A stretch of 63,871 nucleotides of DNA, filler included, from Octopus bimaculoides (GCF_001194135.2; 5 parts of 5 records of this genome joined end to end with filler, not necessarily neighbours in it), one strand, 5' to 3'. Shown: positions 1 to 14,771, counted from the whole stretch's first letter. The notes: generated from the sequence alone by a model not told the origin. Translations and numbers: made by a program.

Positions 1-234
1 ATATATATATATATATATACATACATACATATATATATATATATCGTATTTCATACTGAACGAATAGAAAGTACAAATCCTCGCAGTGACTGGCAAGTTT
101 AATCTCCGTCATTAATTTTCCAGTAAAATATGCACTCTGTATGTACGTATTTAGTTCTCTATCCCCTAGGGCTAGGTATATTCAGTAATGTACTTACATA
201 TCTATCTATCTCTGTATATCAGCCTGTCTGTCTG

Positions 235-279
<45 letters not shown>

Positions 280-406
280 GATCTATCTATCCGTACATAC
301 ATATTCGAATGTATAACATTTAATGCGAGTTAGTCATGGTTGGAATCCGTGTAATAATAGGTTTGCTTCATTAGGGTCTCCCTGGTGGCTAAGCGAAAAC
401 AATAGT

Positions 407-730
407 CGACAACAATAACAATACCACCACCACCAACAACAAAGACAACAACCAGAAGAAGAAGAAGAACAACAACAACAGCATAAGCCTAATAAAAATC
501 GATAGCAATATAATTGTAACAACGACAGACAATAAATTCAACAACAACTGCAGTAATTTTGATGACGCCACCATAACAACAACAACAACAACAACAACAG
601 CAACAACAACATCAACAACAACAACCAGGACAGCAGCGACAACATTAAATACTTCAACGTAATAAAACGTAGAACAAAAGGAGGCGAACAACAAGAACAA
701 GAACAACAATGATAACATTTAGAGCAGCAC
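407..730. repeat. Degenerate (AAC)n/(AAG)n microsatellite region
   Basis: Direct reading. Confidence 0.9.
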
Positions 731-1432
731 CAATAAAAATTCAATCAATACAATCAGTCTGGGTTTAAGCTGTTATTTGATTAATTAAGTATAATTATTA
801 AATTGATTAGGATTGTTTTCATATGTATGGTCTTTAGAATTAGAGAAAAATGCATATATTTATATACATATATATGTATGTNNNNNNNNNNNNNNNNNNN
901 NNNNNNNNNNNNNNNNNNNNNNNNNNNNNNNNNNNNNNNNNNNNNNNNNNNNNNNNNNNNNNNNNNNNNNNNNNNNNNNNNNNNNNNNNNNNNNNNNNNN
1001 NNNNNNNNNNNNNNNNNNNNNNNNNNNNNNNNNNNNNNNNNNNNNNNNNNNNNNNNNNNNNNNNNNNNNNNNNNNNNNNNNNNNNNNNNNNNNNNNNNNN
1101 NNNNNNNNNNNNNNNNNNNNNNNNNNNNNNNNNNNNNNNNNNNNNNNNNNNNNNNNNNNNNNNNNNNNNNNNNNNNNNNNNNNNNNNNNNNNNNNNNNNN
1201 NNNNNNNNNNNNNNNNNNNNNNNNNNNNNNNNNNNNNNNNNNNNNNNNNNNNNNNNNNNNNNNNNNNNNNNNNNNNNNNNNNNNNNNNNNNNNNNNNNNN
1301 NNNNNNNNNNNNNNNNNNNNNNNNNNNNNNNNNNNNNNNNNNNNNNNNNNNNNNNNNNNNNNNNNNNNNNNNNNNNNNNNNNNNNNNNNNNNNNNNNNNN
1401 NNNNNNNNNNNNNNNNNNNNNNNNNNNNNNNN

Positions 1433-1468
<36 letters not shown>

Positions 1469-1929
1469 CATGCACACATACACACATACACACACAGAGA
1501 GACCCATACACATATATATGTATGTATCGGTGTATGAGTGTGAGTATGTCTGTACAGATTAGAATGTCGAAACAAAGCCGTTTAATAAAGCATATAATTT
1601 CATTAGCATTTACATTTTGCTTCTTTTAAATTTTCGACCGTAAAAATGGCCTTTTCAAAAATCAATGTTGTACACAAATTTGCATGGTTTTTTTTTCGTT
1701 TTCTTGTCGAGCCCCGAAGGCCAACAGACATGTTCTATAATAATTGCAGTACCATGTCAAACTTTCTACCAATCAGACGTGCCGACATTATTTGGCATTG
1801 TTCACTATCAGCTCATTTGCTGCGTAGGTGAACAATTTAGTTTTCAGATATTTCAAAGACGGCAAAAATTTAAGTTGTATAAAGCAGATATATTACCTCA
1901 AATCCTTTCGATATTGTAAATTGTATTTT

Positions 1930-2225
1930 GTCAATGTGTAGTATGAAGAAATCATGGAGAGAATATTGATGATAACATGGACAGGGAAAGTCTCTCATGA
2001 AGAAATGACGATCCGTGCTTCGGTAATAGGAAACTGTTAACGGTGGATAGGGGCCAAGCAACTGGGATTTCTTGGTCCTGTAATGAAGAGGACCTGGAGA
2101 ATTTAGTGATGACCGAAAATGTTTAATGAGAAAGAGAGAAACATAAAACATCAAGAATTAGAACAGCTACAAAAAACAAAGAATAGCATTGGGGTAGGAC
2201 ATGGTTGCCTATGTTCAACATTCTG
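1930..2225 (+). mobile_element. RTE-type LINE 3' fragment (degenerate)
   Basis: Frameshifted translation RILMITWTGKVSHEEM / KQLGFLGPVMKR / LENLVMT resembles the RTE post-RT motifs RMLRISWT.KV.NEEV, QL.FLGHVMR and LENLV.TG. Confidence 0.6.
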
Positions 2226-2272
2226 AACATAAGAACTTACGTGGACTAGGCTGCGTGGCGTTTGATCATATA

Positions 2273-2681
2273 CTCTTTACTCTTTTACTTGTTTCAGTCA
2301 TTTGACTGTGGCCATGCTGAAGCACCGCCTTTAGTCGAGCAAATCGACCCCAGGATTTATTCTTTGTAAGCCTAGTACTTATTTTATCGGTCTCTTTTGC
2401 CGAACCGCTAAGTTACGGGGACGTAAACACACCAGCATCGGTTGTCAAGCGATGGTGGGGGCACAAACATATATGCACACTCACACACACGCACACAAAC
2501 ACACACACACATATATACGACGGGCTTCTTTCAGTTTCCGTCTACCAAATCCACTCACAAGGCATTGGTTGGCCCGAGGTTATAGTAGAAGACACTTGCC
2601 CAAGGTAGCAAGCAGTGGGAATGAACCCGGAACCATGTGGTTGGTAAGCAAGTTACTTACCACACAGCCACTCCTACGCCT
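2273..2681 (-). mobile_element. tRNA-derived SINE, family B (full-length, bipartite)
   Basis: Reverse complement of the 48291-48729 copy; tRNA-like head, internal (CA)n/(TA)n, GTAAAAGA tail. Confidence 0.9.
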
Positions 2682-3423
2682 ATGTATGTAAATAAAAAAT
2701 ACACATTGTGTACAGGACATCACCAACGAGTAAAAAAATACGTAAACACACGAGAGAAAAATGGTCCTGGGCTTGATTTATTCGACTAAAACTCTTCAAG
2801 TTATGCTCCAGCATGGCTGCAGTCTAATGACTAGAACAAGTAAAAGATAAAAAAAAGTCAAGCTAGAAAAACTAACTCTAATCGATGGTTTGATGTGAAC
2901 GAGGATCATTAAAAATGTATGGCCGTAATAAATGGAAGCAATCACAAGAGGCGTGAATTGAAATAGAATTTATTTCTAAATTTTTAGTTGAGGCAACTTG
3001 AGATATGAATCTCTTACAAAGCAAAGATTTTGAAGGACAGATCGTTTGTTTTCTTTTTTAAGTAATTAAGATTGTAAACATGGAAACGTGCTAGAGAATA
3101 AATAAATACTGTATGCAAGTTGGTGTTGGGGGTAAACGTATTTCACTGAGTTAATACAGAAATGGTGAATGGTATGAAACGAAGCAGTATTTGGGAATGT
3201 TTAAATAGAAATATATGGCTGTTTGGTTAAGAAGCTTGCTTTACCACCACGTGGTTTCAGTTTCAATCTTAGTGCACGGCATATTGAATATGCGTCTCAT
3301 ACTGTAGCACCGGAACGATCAATGTTCCGTGAGTGACTTTTAACGACAGAAACAATATAGAAATTTCGTTTACATATTAAATGTGTGCACGTATGAATAA
3401 ATATCTATATATATAGAGAGAGA

Positions 3424-3780
3424 GTTCAAATTTACAGAAAAACAAAAGACAAAAACAGGTGCATGATCAACAAACAGGTGTATTAATTTAACACTCGGGA
3501 AAAAATGAGAAGTCTTTTACGTTTCGAGCCTACGCTCTTCGGTAGAAATGAATAAGAAAGAAACAATCGAGAGAGAATGAGGAAAAAACAGGGTAGAGTT
3601 CACGGGTGGTTAACGGAAAGTATGACCAAGCCACCTTAGATGTTTTGTGCTGCAGAGATTTGATGACGCAGTGATGTATTTTGCGGTTCAAAACGAAGTC
3701 CAATGGGCGAACGTACGCAATTTGAGGTAGGCAGTAGTTGCCGAAGACTTCGAGGTTTTGGCGATCATCAGTTCTCATTT
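3424..3780 (-). mobile_element. Penelope-like element 3' remnant, family 2
   Basis: Shares about 120 bp with 13644-13760. Minus strand has GAAGAGCGTAGGCTCGAAACGTA and a degenerate LKLRTFA(P) motif resembling the GIY-YIG C-terminus. Confidence 0.45.
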
Positions 3781-4366
3781 ACCAGGATTCACGTCCATAT
3801 AGAAAGATAGTGCGAATAATCGTTTGGATAATGATGATGCGAGCCAGATTTGACATCAGGTACATATTCAGACAAAGCTAGAAAGTGTCGTAAATGTCAT
3901 ATTGCCGTACATAAACCACCGCCAAATTTGAATGAGAACCTCCAAAAGTCAGTCATTACTATCGAATGATACAAGCAACACGCATATACGCACACGAACA
4001 CACACGCGCCCACACACACAGAAGCACTTAAGAACAAAAACACATATAAGTACACACACACAAACACATACGAAAATAAGCGTTACTGTCAGACAATACA
4101 CATGCATATCTATAGATTTATAGGTAATAATAATGGCAGATCAATATTTAGAGCTATCGATTTTTCACTTGCGCATAAATATAAAGAAACTTCATTCATA
4201 CACACACGCATCCCATATATATATCTATGATATATATGTGTATATATGTGTATATATGTGTATATATCCGCCCCTCCATCAAACCATCCATCCATACATA
4301 CATATATACATATTATATAAATAGATAGATATATACATACACATATATGCATTTATATGTATGTTT

Positions 4367-4404
<38 letters not shown>

Positions 4405-5104
4405 GTGTGTGTATATTTGTGTATATGTGTATGTATGTATTTCTATATACTTATATTTACAAATATTTTTATAGTTTCCTGAAATCAAAATGTTAACATA
4501 CATGCATGTACACACCAACACAAAAACGCGCTAACACTCATGCACACACATTCACACAGACACACTCTATCTCTCTTACACACACACACACACATGATTA
4601 CAGTTGATTTGCTTTGGTCTGATATTTTTTTTCCCCCAAAATTTAAATTTGTACCGAAGAATTACCAAGAATAGTAAATAAGATTTTAAGAAACCTTATT
4701 ATTTTTGCGTTTCTGTGAAAGAATTTTAAGTCCTAGAAAATCAGACCTTCAAATATGTGTTATGTACATGTGTATGTGTGTGTGTATGTTTGTGTGTGTG
4801 TGCGTTTGTGTGTGTGTAAGTATACGTGTTTGCATATATTTTTCTGTGCGTTTGTGTATGCATATATAAATATATATATACATGTGTGTGTGTGTGTGTG
4901 TGTATACATGTGTGTGGTGTTTGTGTGTGTATGAATATACATAAGTACATATTTGTGTATGGATATATATTTATGCATATGTGCATACACGTGTGTATGT
5001 ATATATACATATGTATTTATGTATATGTATGTATATATGAATGCTTATACTCACACACTCACACACGAACATATACGTAAACCAAGTACGAAAAGGAAGG
5101 AGTC

Positions 5105-5410
<306 letters not shown>

Positions 5411-5922
5411 ATAAGCAGAATAAGTTTACTAAGAACAACAGCAATAATAAGATCCACAATACTACAAATATTAGAAGAATAGAATTAACAATGCTACTGA
5501 TAATAATAATAACAATAATATGAATAAAAATGATGATGTTACAAATAATGATAACAATAATGCTACTTAGAAAAGAAACGTATAAATTCAAATAGAGATA
5601 AGGTGGAAAATTCATAAGAATACTTATTCCTGAAAGTTGAGACAACGTACACTTGTTTAAAGATAGTTAGAACGTAAAGATTTTGTGCATTAATCCGGAA
5701 ACTAATCCTATTAGACTAAGCCTGTTGGAGGACAATGATGGAATAACAAATATATATATAAAAGGGATGGTGGAGGTGAGTGAAAGTAAACACACACCGA
5801 AAACTAAAACATATTTGAAGGAGGATTATAGGAAGTAATGTGCGGGAGGTCAAAGGGAAAGAAAAAGAAAAAGAAAGAAAAAAAGGATTCGAAAGAAGGT
5901 CGAGCAATCCGTTGTATAAATA

Positions 5923-6275
5923 TGGTGAGGGTGTGTGGTGTAATGGTTAGGGTGTTGCACTCACGATTGCGAGACCATGGGTTCGATTCCAGGAAATGTC
6001 GTTGCGGTGTGTTCTTGATTGAGCAAAGCATTTCATTTCACGTGGTTCTGCGATTATTTCGGCGTCTGACATGTGACACCTAGTTGCACCTGTAGAGGTA
6101 ATGTCGATCTGAGATGGACGGAATGAGCTTATGTCTGCACAAATATTTGACCCCTGCCCCACTGGAATGATAAGTTGACAAAAAAAAAAAGGAAAAAAAG
6201 AGAGACTTAATGGAGAGAAAACTGCAAAATCCAGTTGTCATTGGGGGCGATGAAGGACCCGAGGAGAACACCCAA
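5923..6275 (+). mobile_element. tRNA-derived SINE, family D
   Basis: GTGTGTGGTGTAATGGTTAGGGTGTTGCACTCACGATTGCGAGACCATGGGTTCGATTCC head followed by a non-tRNA body. Confidence 0.65.
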
Positions 6276-6483
6276 AACGATTTTTGGTATTGAGTTATGA
6301 GTGTGGAGATTTGAATTGAAACAGAATAACTTCATTACTGTATTGTGGAGGTGGTTCGGAGCAGCAAACGCAATAAATATCAAGCGATAACGGAAGCAGA
6401 AGTGGAACTCAATACTACAATCGCATGATTATTAAACAAATATTTAGACAATACAGTTCTAGGTTTAAGAGATGAGGAATTAT

Positions 6484-6661
6484 CTACATTATTTACATTA
6501 TTTACATTTGACTGATATTTGTCCTCACCTTGTTTGTTGTTAACACAACGTTTCGGTTGATATACACTCCAGCCTTCATCAGGTGTCTTGGGAAAATTTC
6601 GAACGGTGTGTTAACAACAAACAAGATGAGGACAAATATCCGTCAAATATAAATGTAAATA
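6484..6661 (-). mobile_element. Penelope-like element terminus with inverted partial copy
   Basis: 41-bp inverted arms 6506-6546 and 6608-6648 (2 mismatches) around the hammerhead motif; (TTTACATTA)n tail. Confidence 0.55.
6542..6587 (-). ncRNA. Minimal type I hammerhead ribozyme motif (Penelope-like element type)
   Basis: Minus strand reads GACAC-CTGATGA-A-GGCTG-GAGTGTATAT-CAACC-GAAAC-GTT-GTGTT. It has the core CUGANGA/GAAA, a 5-bp helix I, helix II with one mismatch, and a palindromic AACGTT helix III. Confidence 0.65.
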
Positions 6662-6819
6662 TTTAGAAGATCTCTCACAGACCATACAGCAGGAAATTAG
6701 GCGCTTTAAACATGTATCAAGCATTGCTAAACTTTCGCTAACCACATAAACTTTGAAACAGTAGAAAAAAATAATAAAAGAAAATAATAAATTTTAAAGT
6801 TATATTGCTCCTAATGCAG

Positions 6820-6996
6820 GTATTGCACTGCGATTACTCTGCATTTTGGCAATTGAGAAAGAATCAGCTTGAAGATGTTGCAGCAAACAAATTTATCGAA
6901 AGATTCTTGAAGTGCAGGTTGACACAAGAGACACTGAATGACCTAGGTATACTCCATATTGAAAACAAAACTGATGTTGAAATTTGTCTTCAATGA
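6820..6996 (+). CDS. Candidate terminal coding exon of an unidentified gene (VLHCDYSAFWQLRKNQLEDVAANKFIERFLKCRL...EICLQ*)
   Basis: ttatattgctcctaatgcag| acceptor; 58 codons of non-repetitive, protein-like sequence; TGA followed immediately by AATAAA (6997-7002). No homolog recognised. Confidence 0.35.
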   Translation, partial: VLHCDYSAFWQLRKNQLEDVAANKFIERFLKCRLTQETLNDLGILHIENKTDVEICLQ

Positions 6997-7379
6997 AATA
7001 AAGAAAAAGAAAAACAACAACAATGATTGTATAATAGATTGCAAGTAAGGCATGTTTTCTTTAATTAAAACAGTTCTCAATTCTGTAATACGGAAGCCAT
7101 TAATGTAACTCTTGACAATGCATTTAAATTTTCAATAGATTATCCATTTAAATTAACAAATGTTTAATTTTGATTTTCTTTTTCCTCCAAATGGTGCTGG
7201 TGATTTTTCAGGCCTTTCTCACCGCAAAATGTCACAAATGAAATCGACGTTTTAAACCATAAATTACAGGAAAGAAGACTTGAGATAATGTTAAAATTGA
7301 TAATATTTGAGTGAGCTTTGCAAATTCAATGCACAATGTGGGGACTAGCTTCCGCATTCGAAACGGATTAGAGTTCAAT

Positions 7380-7448
<69 letters not shown>

Positions 7449-8774
7449 AATGTTTGTATATATGTATATGTGTGTGCATATATATGTATATACATATATA
7501 TATATGTGACACCAATTGTACATACTTGAAAGCCATGGGCAATAGCAATAGCAAAACAACGGAGAAAAGAGTAGGAGCAAGTGTGTCTCCTTGCTTCACA
7601 CCATTATAAATTACGATAGGTCTTACAGGATACCAGCAACATTAACATATGTTTAAGTGTTGAGATAAAATTTACCAATACAGAACTGTATACTTGCATA
7701 CGTCTACACATCGGTGTGTACCTATATACGTATACACAAATGTGTGTAGTTATATATTAACAACATTTTATTAGGCGGCTTAAGTAATGATGCATTATCA
7801 CGTTATTTGTATCGATTATTCTTCGATATACAATCGATATCCCATTCTTCACTACAATAGGTGGATGGTATAAACAATAGACTTTTGATCTCACTACTTT
7901 GCAGTATTTAATTAAATCATTTTAAGTTTGCAGTTCAAATCCCACCGAGGTTGAATTTCAATTAAATATCCTCCATATCAAAGAACATCTTGAAGCCATT
8001 TTCTAGGCAGACGAAAATTATCAATCATTTTTCTATGGTTGAGTCAGAGTACCAGAAGCAGCAGCAGCAGCAGCCGCCATGTTATCTTTTCATGAACTTG
8101 TAAGATAGGTATGAGGAATTGTAAGCTATTCTTTAACCAGCCAACAACACTCGATGGTTGCAGCAGACTGGATTCAGTAAATTGCACTCGAGTGAAGTGT
8201 AGTAGTGAGACGTACCCTTTATCACACCATCTGTACTAGCATTCGTCTACTGTAAGTTATGGATGTGTAAGTAAATATATCAATATTTTAGTCAAAATAT
8301 ATTTACCTGGTGATTGCCTCATCAAATATTTAAGTACGTACAACAAACTCATTGATTAATCTGCTGAGAAATATAATAAAACTACACAAAAACACGCGCA
8401 CACACACTCACACAGATTGACAGACAAAAGAAAAACACACGTATATGTATATGTACATAAACACACATATATATATATATACATATACATTATATATATA
8501 CGTATACATTTATATATACACATATATATATATATATACGTAAACACTACAAACACACACATATATACATATAAGTAGATCGATCAATCGATAGATAGAT
8601 ATGCACACATATTGATTTTCAAACCAAACTTTTCAGCATTCTGTTCTTGTTCTAATCTGAGCCGTTGTCGGTTCTTGTTTTCTCAAAGTTTCCACAGTTT
8701 TCCTCAACGATTGAGTATCACTGCTGTTTTCTTTATGGAAAAGTCTACAGCGAGTAACAACACACAAGTATATA

Positions 8775-8925
8775 CATATACGTATATACAACGAGCTTCT
8801 TTCAGCTCTCTTCTGCCAAATCTACTCACAAGGATTTGGTCGGCCAGGGGCTGTAGTGGAATACACTCGCTCAACGTACCAAGCAGGGGGACTGAATCTG
8901 GAACTACGTGATTCAGAAGCAAGCT
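8775..8925 (-). mobile_element. Degenerate SINE family B head
   Basis: Similar to 2515-2660. Confidence 0.65.
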
Positions 8926-9494
8926 TCGGAAGAATTTTTATCCTAAGAAAGAGAGAAAAAGAAATGAAAACAACATTCCACTCATATCAAGCAACTGTAG
9001 ACCTACTTTTGCTTGCCCCGTCTCTTATATATTTTTACCCCATACGTTGCTTCAAATTCTGATTATCTATATTATATATGGTTGTCTTTTGTACGCTGTG
9101 TATTTGTATTTTCAAAGTTATCAACACAATTATATATTCATGTCATAGCCGTACACTAATCTGCATTATAAGGTAATATCTATATTTAAATCAATTTAAA
9201 TATATATATATACACATATGTATGTAGGTACATACGTTTGTTTGTATGTATGTATGTATGTATGTATGCATACTTATTTCCACCTGTCGATCCTTCTACA
9301 CACACACACACACAAACACTCACACACGCACACCCATATGTAAATGAACGTTCGTCTAGCTTCTGACGTCAGTCTTATATATATTTATCCCATAGCTGAA
9401 CATTACGCGCAGTAGAAAGATTTGACTGAAATGATCGAAGACATAAAATAACAATAAAATCGTCTTCTTTTTCTTCATCCTCATGGTGGTCATC

Positions 9495-9870
<376 letters not shown>

Positions 9871-10474
9871 GTACTTGACTCTCATAGTGTGAAGACGTTA
9901 CATTTTCTTCTCCCTACGAAACACATTCTTATTAAAGCAAAGTTAAACTTTCAAGTCAAAAGTATAATTTCTTTTTTAGAATTTTATTTCTCTTCCTTTA
10001 GAAAACAGAGAAGAAAGGTTTTTTCATGCAAACTTTTAAAATTTTATTTCAACCCTTTGCATTTTCAGATCGAAGATGGCTACGAAACCTAATCATGCTG
10101 CACAAGAAAGCAACGTAATGGGTAAGAAAAATGGCTACGTAAAGAAAAATGGCTACTTACAAGTGAAATGTAGCAGCGGAACTAGAGAATAAAAAGTTCA
10201 GTGAAGATTTAATAGAAGGAAATGTTCCAAATACTCAAATAAGTAATTTGGAAGCATGCAGCATTATCAAAAACAGCAATCGTAACAGTTACAACAGTAG
10301 CAAGTCTTGCATAATTCCCGTTAATTTAGCTGTTGTCTCAGGACAAGCAATCGCTCCGCAATGAGGAATCAAACAGAATTTTGTGACCTAGCATGGAAAG
10401 GAATATAGATAGGAGGATTTTTCAAAAGCCAATTGCATTTCTTTGCCACAGGAAGCGAAATAAACAAAATTATA

Positions 10475-10775
10475 CAGCGTGGGTATGTGGTAAGAAGCTT
10501 GCTTCGAAACCGCATGGTTCCGGGTTCAGTCCCACTGTGTGGAAACTTGGGTTAGCGTCATCCACTATAGCCTGCGACCGACGAAAGCCTTGTGAGTGGA
10601 TTTGGAAGACGGAAACTGAAAGAAGCCAGTCATATAAGTATATTTGTGTGTGTGTTTGTGTAAGTGTGGAATGCTCAGCCACTTGCCAATCATTTCACGA
10701 GAAGGCTCTTCAGTTGATCGGACCATCTGGAAACCTCACGTTTGTAAGCGGCGGACTGTCAGCTGTTGCACTTCT
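10475..10775 (+). mobile_element. SINE family B head followed by a family A 3' fragment
   Basis: Family B head to GAAACTGAAAGAAGCC, then (TG)n, then GTGGAATGCTCAGCCACTTG... matching the family A 3' end. Confidence 0.7.
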
Positions 10776-12781
10776 GTAATCGGCCGAAGATGCCTTTAGT
10801 AGAGCATTTGAGGACATTTAGAAAATACCACTGGAACTGGTAAAAAACATTTTCTTGCAATAACTCTTCGGGCAATGAAGTACCATTTTCGTCGTATCTT
10901 CTTATTTTTTTTAGATTTGGCTCACATCGACATTTCCCTTAGATCACAATTCTAGTAAACGATTACTGTTGTCGTTGCATTCCCTCTATAGTTTCTCTTC
11001 GTACTATTTGTAGTTTCTTTTACATTAGAATTAATGTTTCTAAAACTACAAGAGTTTTTTTTCTTTTCCTTTTCTCATCATGTAACTGTTTATCGCGCAG
11101 CTGTTAATATCGCAAATGTTTATGCTTGAAGCTGTGTCCGTCTGTCTGTTTAATGTTCCTACTGTTTGTCTCGCTTAAAAGTTTGAATTCGTGTTTGAAA
11201 ACAATTGAGACGGATGTGTTTGTTTATGTCGTCGAAGCAGTTGTTGCTATTCCTATTAGTTTTGCAGCGGCCATCTTGTAACAGGATCGGTTATTGGAAA
11301 TGGCATAGAGCAGCAATTAATACGGAGAAACAAAGCAATGTCAAGACAAGCAGTGTTCCATCACAAGGAATTGGATGGATTCTTAAATAATCCGAAAGGC
11401 TTTCTTAATATTTCAGAATGTCAAAGGGTGAAACAAACAAAAACCTGCTTGCAATGAGGAATAATCGTGTTATAATCGACTTTCAGCCGAAGCTCCAACG
11501 AAGGCATCCGTTCGTTTGGATAACAACAACAACAACAACAACAGCTATTTCACAATCCCACGATTCCGGGTTTCAGTCCCAATGCATGGAACCTTGGCAA
11601 ATGTCTCCTGCACTCTCACGCTCATAACCATATGTCGCGCACATATGGTTATGATGCATGTGCCTGATGTACCCTTATCAGGCGGGTAGCCCTGATGGGT
11701 ATACTGGGCTTTGTATATTTGTACCCCAGTGTCACTTTGATGGCATGCGTTGTTCTCTCACTCAATAATAATAATTGTCATCATCATCATCATTATCATC
11801 ATCATCATTATCATCATCATTGTCATCATCATCATCATCAGAAGAAGAAGAAGAATGCTGTTCCTCCAGATTTTACCATTCATTGAGCTGTCTAGTATCG
11901 GTAGAAAGAATCATGCTCTACGTCCCGTAATTGTTACAAAACTCACCAAAATTCATTCGGTGTTATTTTTTCAACCGCAGAAGAACATATGAAATTATTT
12001 CAGTTGGTATGGCTTGAACTTGGGGTATAGGGAGATGACTGCTGACTAAATATCGTAAAAACCCACTCTTTCGTTCACCAATTTACCGATTCTTCTCACT
12101 ATTCATGGCATCTAAAAATTATTCTTCGTTATTCTAGTTAGCATCACTTATGAAGAATATTGTTTCCTTATTTTTCGAGTAAATTATTCGGTGAACTTTC
12201 CATTCATGTCTCATGAAATATCTAAAAAAAAAAAAAAAAAAAACCCAACACGAAACAACAGTCCTGTAAAAATAACATAAATGTATAAATATAATTTTGA
12301 AGAAAAACATAACAAATTATAAAGAAAAATAATACAAATAATACATAAATAAATGAAATTAGAGGAAACTATAACTAAAAAGCAGAATAAAAAAAGGATG
12401 AAAAATATCAATCAAAACATTTGAACATTTTATTCACGTACTTTCGCCATGTTTTATTTCATAGTTAAGTGAACACTTGCATGGCATTGCAACAGGATCA
12501 CGCTATGCCTCTTGCAAATGCAAACACAACTTCACACATACACATACGCATTATACATGAAATAAAAACAAACAAACAAACAAACAAACAAACGAAAAAG
12601 CCTACATATAAAAGGCAATGAAACGTAGGCAATCTCTAAAGTGGCAGAAATCAAGAATACGTCCATTTGCTAAAAAGCTCTTTCAATCACAACAGTAATT
12701 TTCAAATTACTCGCACCTTTTTACGCAAGTGTTCTACAACAGTATTTTTTTGACTCGTGATTGGGGTTTCTTTTATTGCGG

Positions 12782-12784
<3 letters not shown>

Positions 12785-12823
<39 letters not shown>

Positions 12824-12904
12824 TAGGTCTCTGGGTGAGACTTGGATCCAACTTGTACAAATGCAAAACAAAAGTCAAACATAATAATAATAATAATAAT
12901 AATA

Positions 12905-12948
<44 letters not shown>

Positions 12949-12965
12949 CATCATCATCATCATCA
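12785..12965. repeat. (AAT)n, (ATT)n, (CAT)n compound microsatellite
   Basis: Direct reading; strand flip at about 12905. Confidence 0.95.
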
Positions 12966-13643
12966 TATCATTATCATCACGAATCCTATTAGTTCTATTA
13001 TTATTATCATTACAGCTACTAGCACTATTGATATTAATATATTATTATTATTAGTATTCTTATTGTTGTTGCGATTGTTATTGGTGTTGTTGCTATTGTT
13101 GCTGTTGCTTTTTTATTGTTATTTCTTTTTGTTTGTTATTACTTGTCATTATTGCATTCCACTTTTTGTTTTCTGTTTCAGTAAAGTTTTTCTTTTAGTG
13201 GAGTATAATCTTAGTAAATCCATCACATTTCAATATGTCTACATACATTAAACACATGCGTTCTAGCGAACCAATACACATACGTATATAAAAGAATATG
13301 CATATTTACGCATGCATATATTATATCTATATAAATATATACATATATGTGTATAAATATAAATATATATGTATTCTTACATGTATATTGGTAAAACACC
13401 AAATTTGTAATAATATTATAAATGATACTGTTTACATTATATTAGTAAAGTGTCCTGATAACCTGGAATACTTATCATTCCTTAATTTTTTTTAAAAATA
13501 AATATATATGTATATATATACATATATGTGTATGCATATATATATCTCATTTAAGATGCATATGTATTATATGTATATATATGTGCGTGTGTGCCTGTGT
13601 ATATATATATATATATGTATGTATGTGCGTGTGTGTGTGTATT

Positions 13644-14130
13644 GTTCAGGTTTACAGAAAAGGAAAAACGAAGACAGGTGAAGGAACAACAAGTAGGTGT
13701 ATTAGTTTAACTTTAGGAAAAATGGAAAAGTCTTTTAAGTTTCGAGTCTACGCTCTTCCACAAAAAGGATGAAGAAGGTAGGAAGTTCAGTTAGGCAGGA
13801 TCAAACTGGGGTATCTACGTGAGCGTATAATATATTGGTCAAACCTGCAAAGAACAGAAGACGAGGACAGGTGTGGGAAGAACAAGCATGTGTATGGGGA
13901 TGAGGGTAGGTACTGAAAGTTTGTTCAGGAAGTAGTATCATTAGGGGTTGGCATTGTGTACAGCAGATATTTACTATCCAACAGACATATTCAGGGATTT
14001 ACATAGGATTCGCGCAGATGTCTCTTTGAAGTTGTGATTCAGTTATCAGCGCTAGTGCACAAGTCGTCAAGTTGTGATTCTCTTATTGTTGACAGTATGT
14101 TGTACTTGAAGTTGTGAATATTATGGTTGC
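13644..14130 (-). mobile_element. Penelope-like element 3' remnant with degenerate GIY-YIG C-terminus
   Basis: Minus-strand translation HNIHNFKYNILST...KRHLRESYVNP*ICLL with stops; terminus homologous to 3424-3548. Confidence 0.5.
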
Positions 14131-14740
14131 TAGTATGCAATGGAAGAGGCTATGATTATTTTATTTCTGATAGAATAAAATCATGATTTTAAATTAATTC
14201 CAGTCGAGTAGAAAACTACTACTTAAAAAAAGTCTTCTGTGATCAATGAAAAAATATAGAAGCAGATATTTAAATTATTTCCTAAAAATATTAGGATGCA
14301 CTATAAGTCTTCACTGTCTTTAATTTCTTATCTGCTATTTAATTAACAGTTTTGTGCGTTACTGAACAGTTCTTGGTTCTTTTCTCGCAAGTAATGGGAG
14401 AGAGGTGACGTCTTCTTTCACAAGTAATGGTAGAGAGGTGACGATTAATACTTTTAGATAAATTCTTTATGTGGGTTAGTTCAATATTTTTGTATCTATT
14501 TAAATATATTCGTATGAGTCCATTTCGTTTCTTTCATGTTTTCTGTGTGTGAATATATGAAATGATTTATGCGGTTTCTTATAAAAGTGTCTTTCTGAAG
14601 CCTTTGAGTTCAAGAAAATAACGAGAAAATTATCTTTTTAACGAAAGAGTCAAATGTGATTTCTAAGCTTAATTTATTAAATAAGATTAAATTTTTCTTT
14701 AAATCTTTCGACTTTTTTATACATGCATACACACATGCTT

Positions 14741-14771
<31 letters not shown>

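Noticed and set aside
8073-8105. Perfect Kozak GCCGCCATG followed by a possible donor
   Set aside because: It arises at the end of a (CAG)n tract, gives only 7 codons, and has no partner exon.
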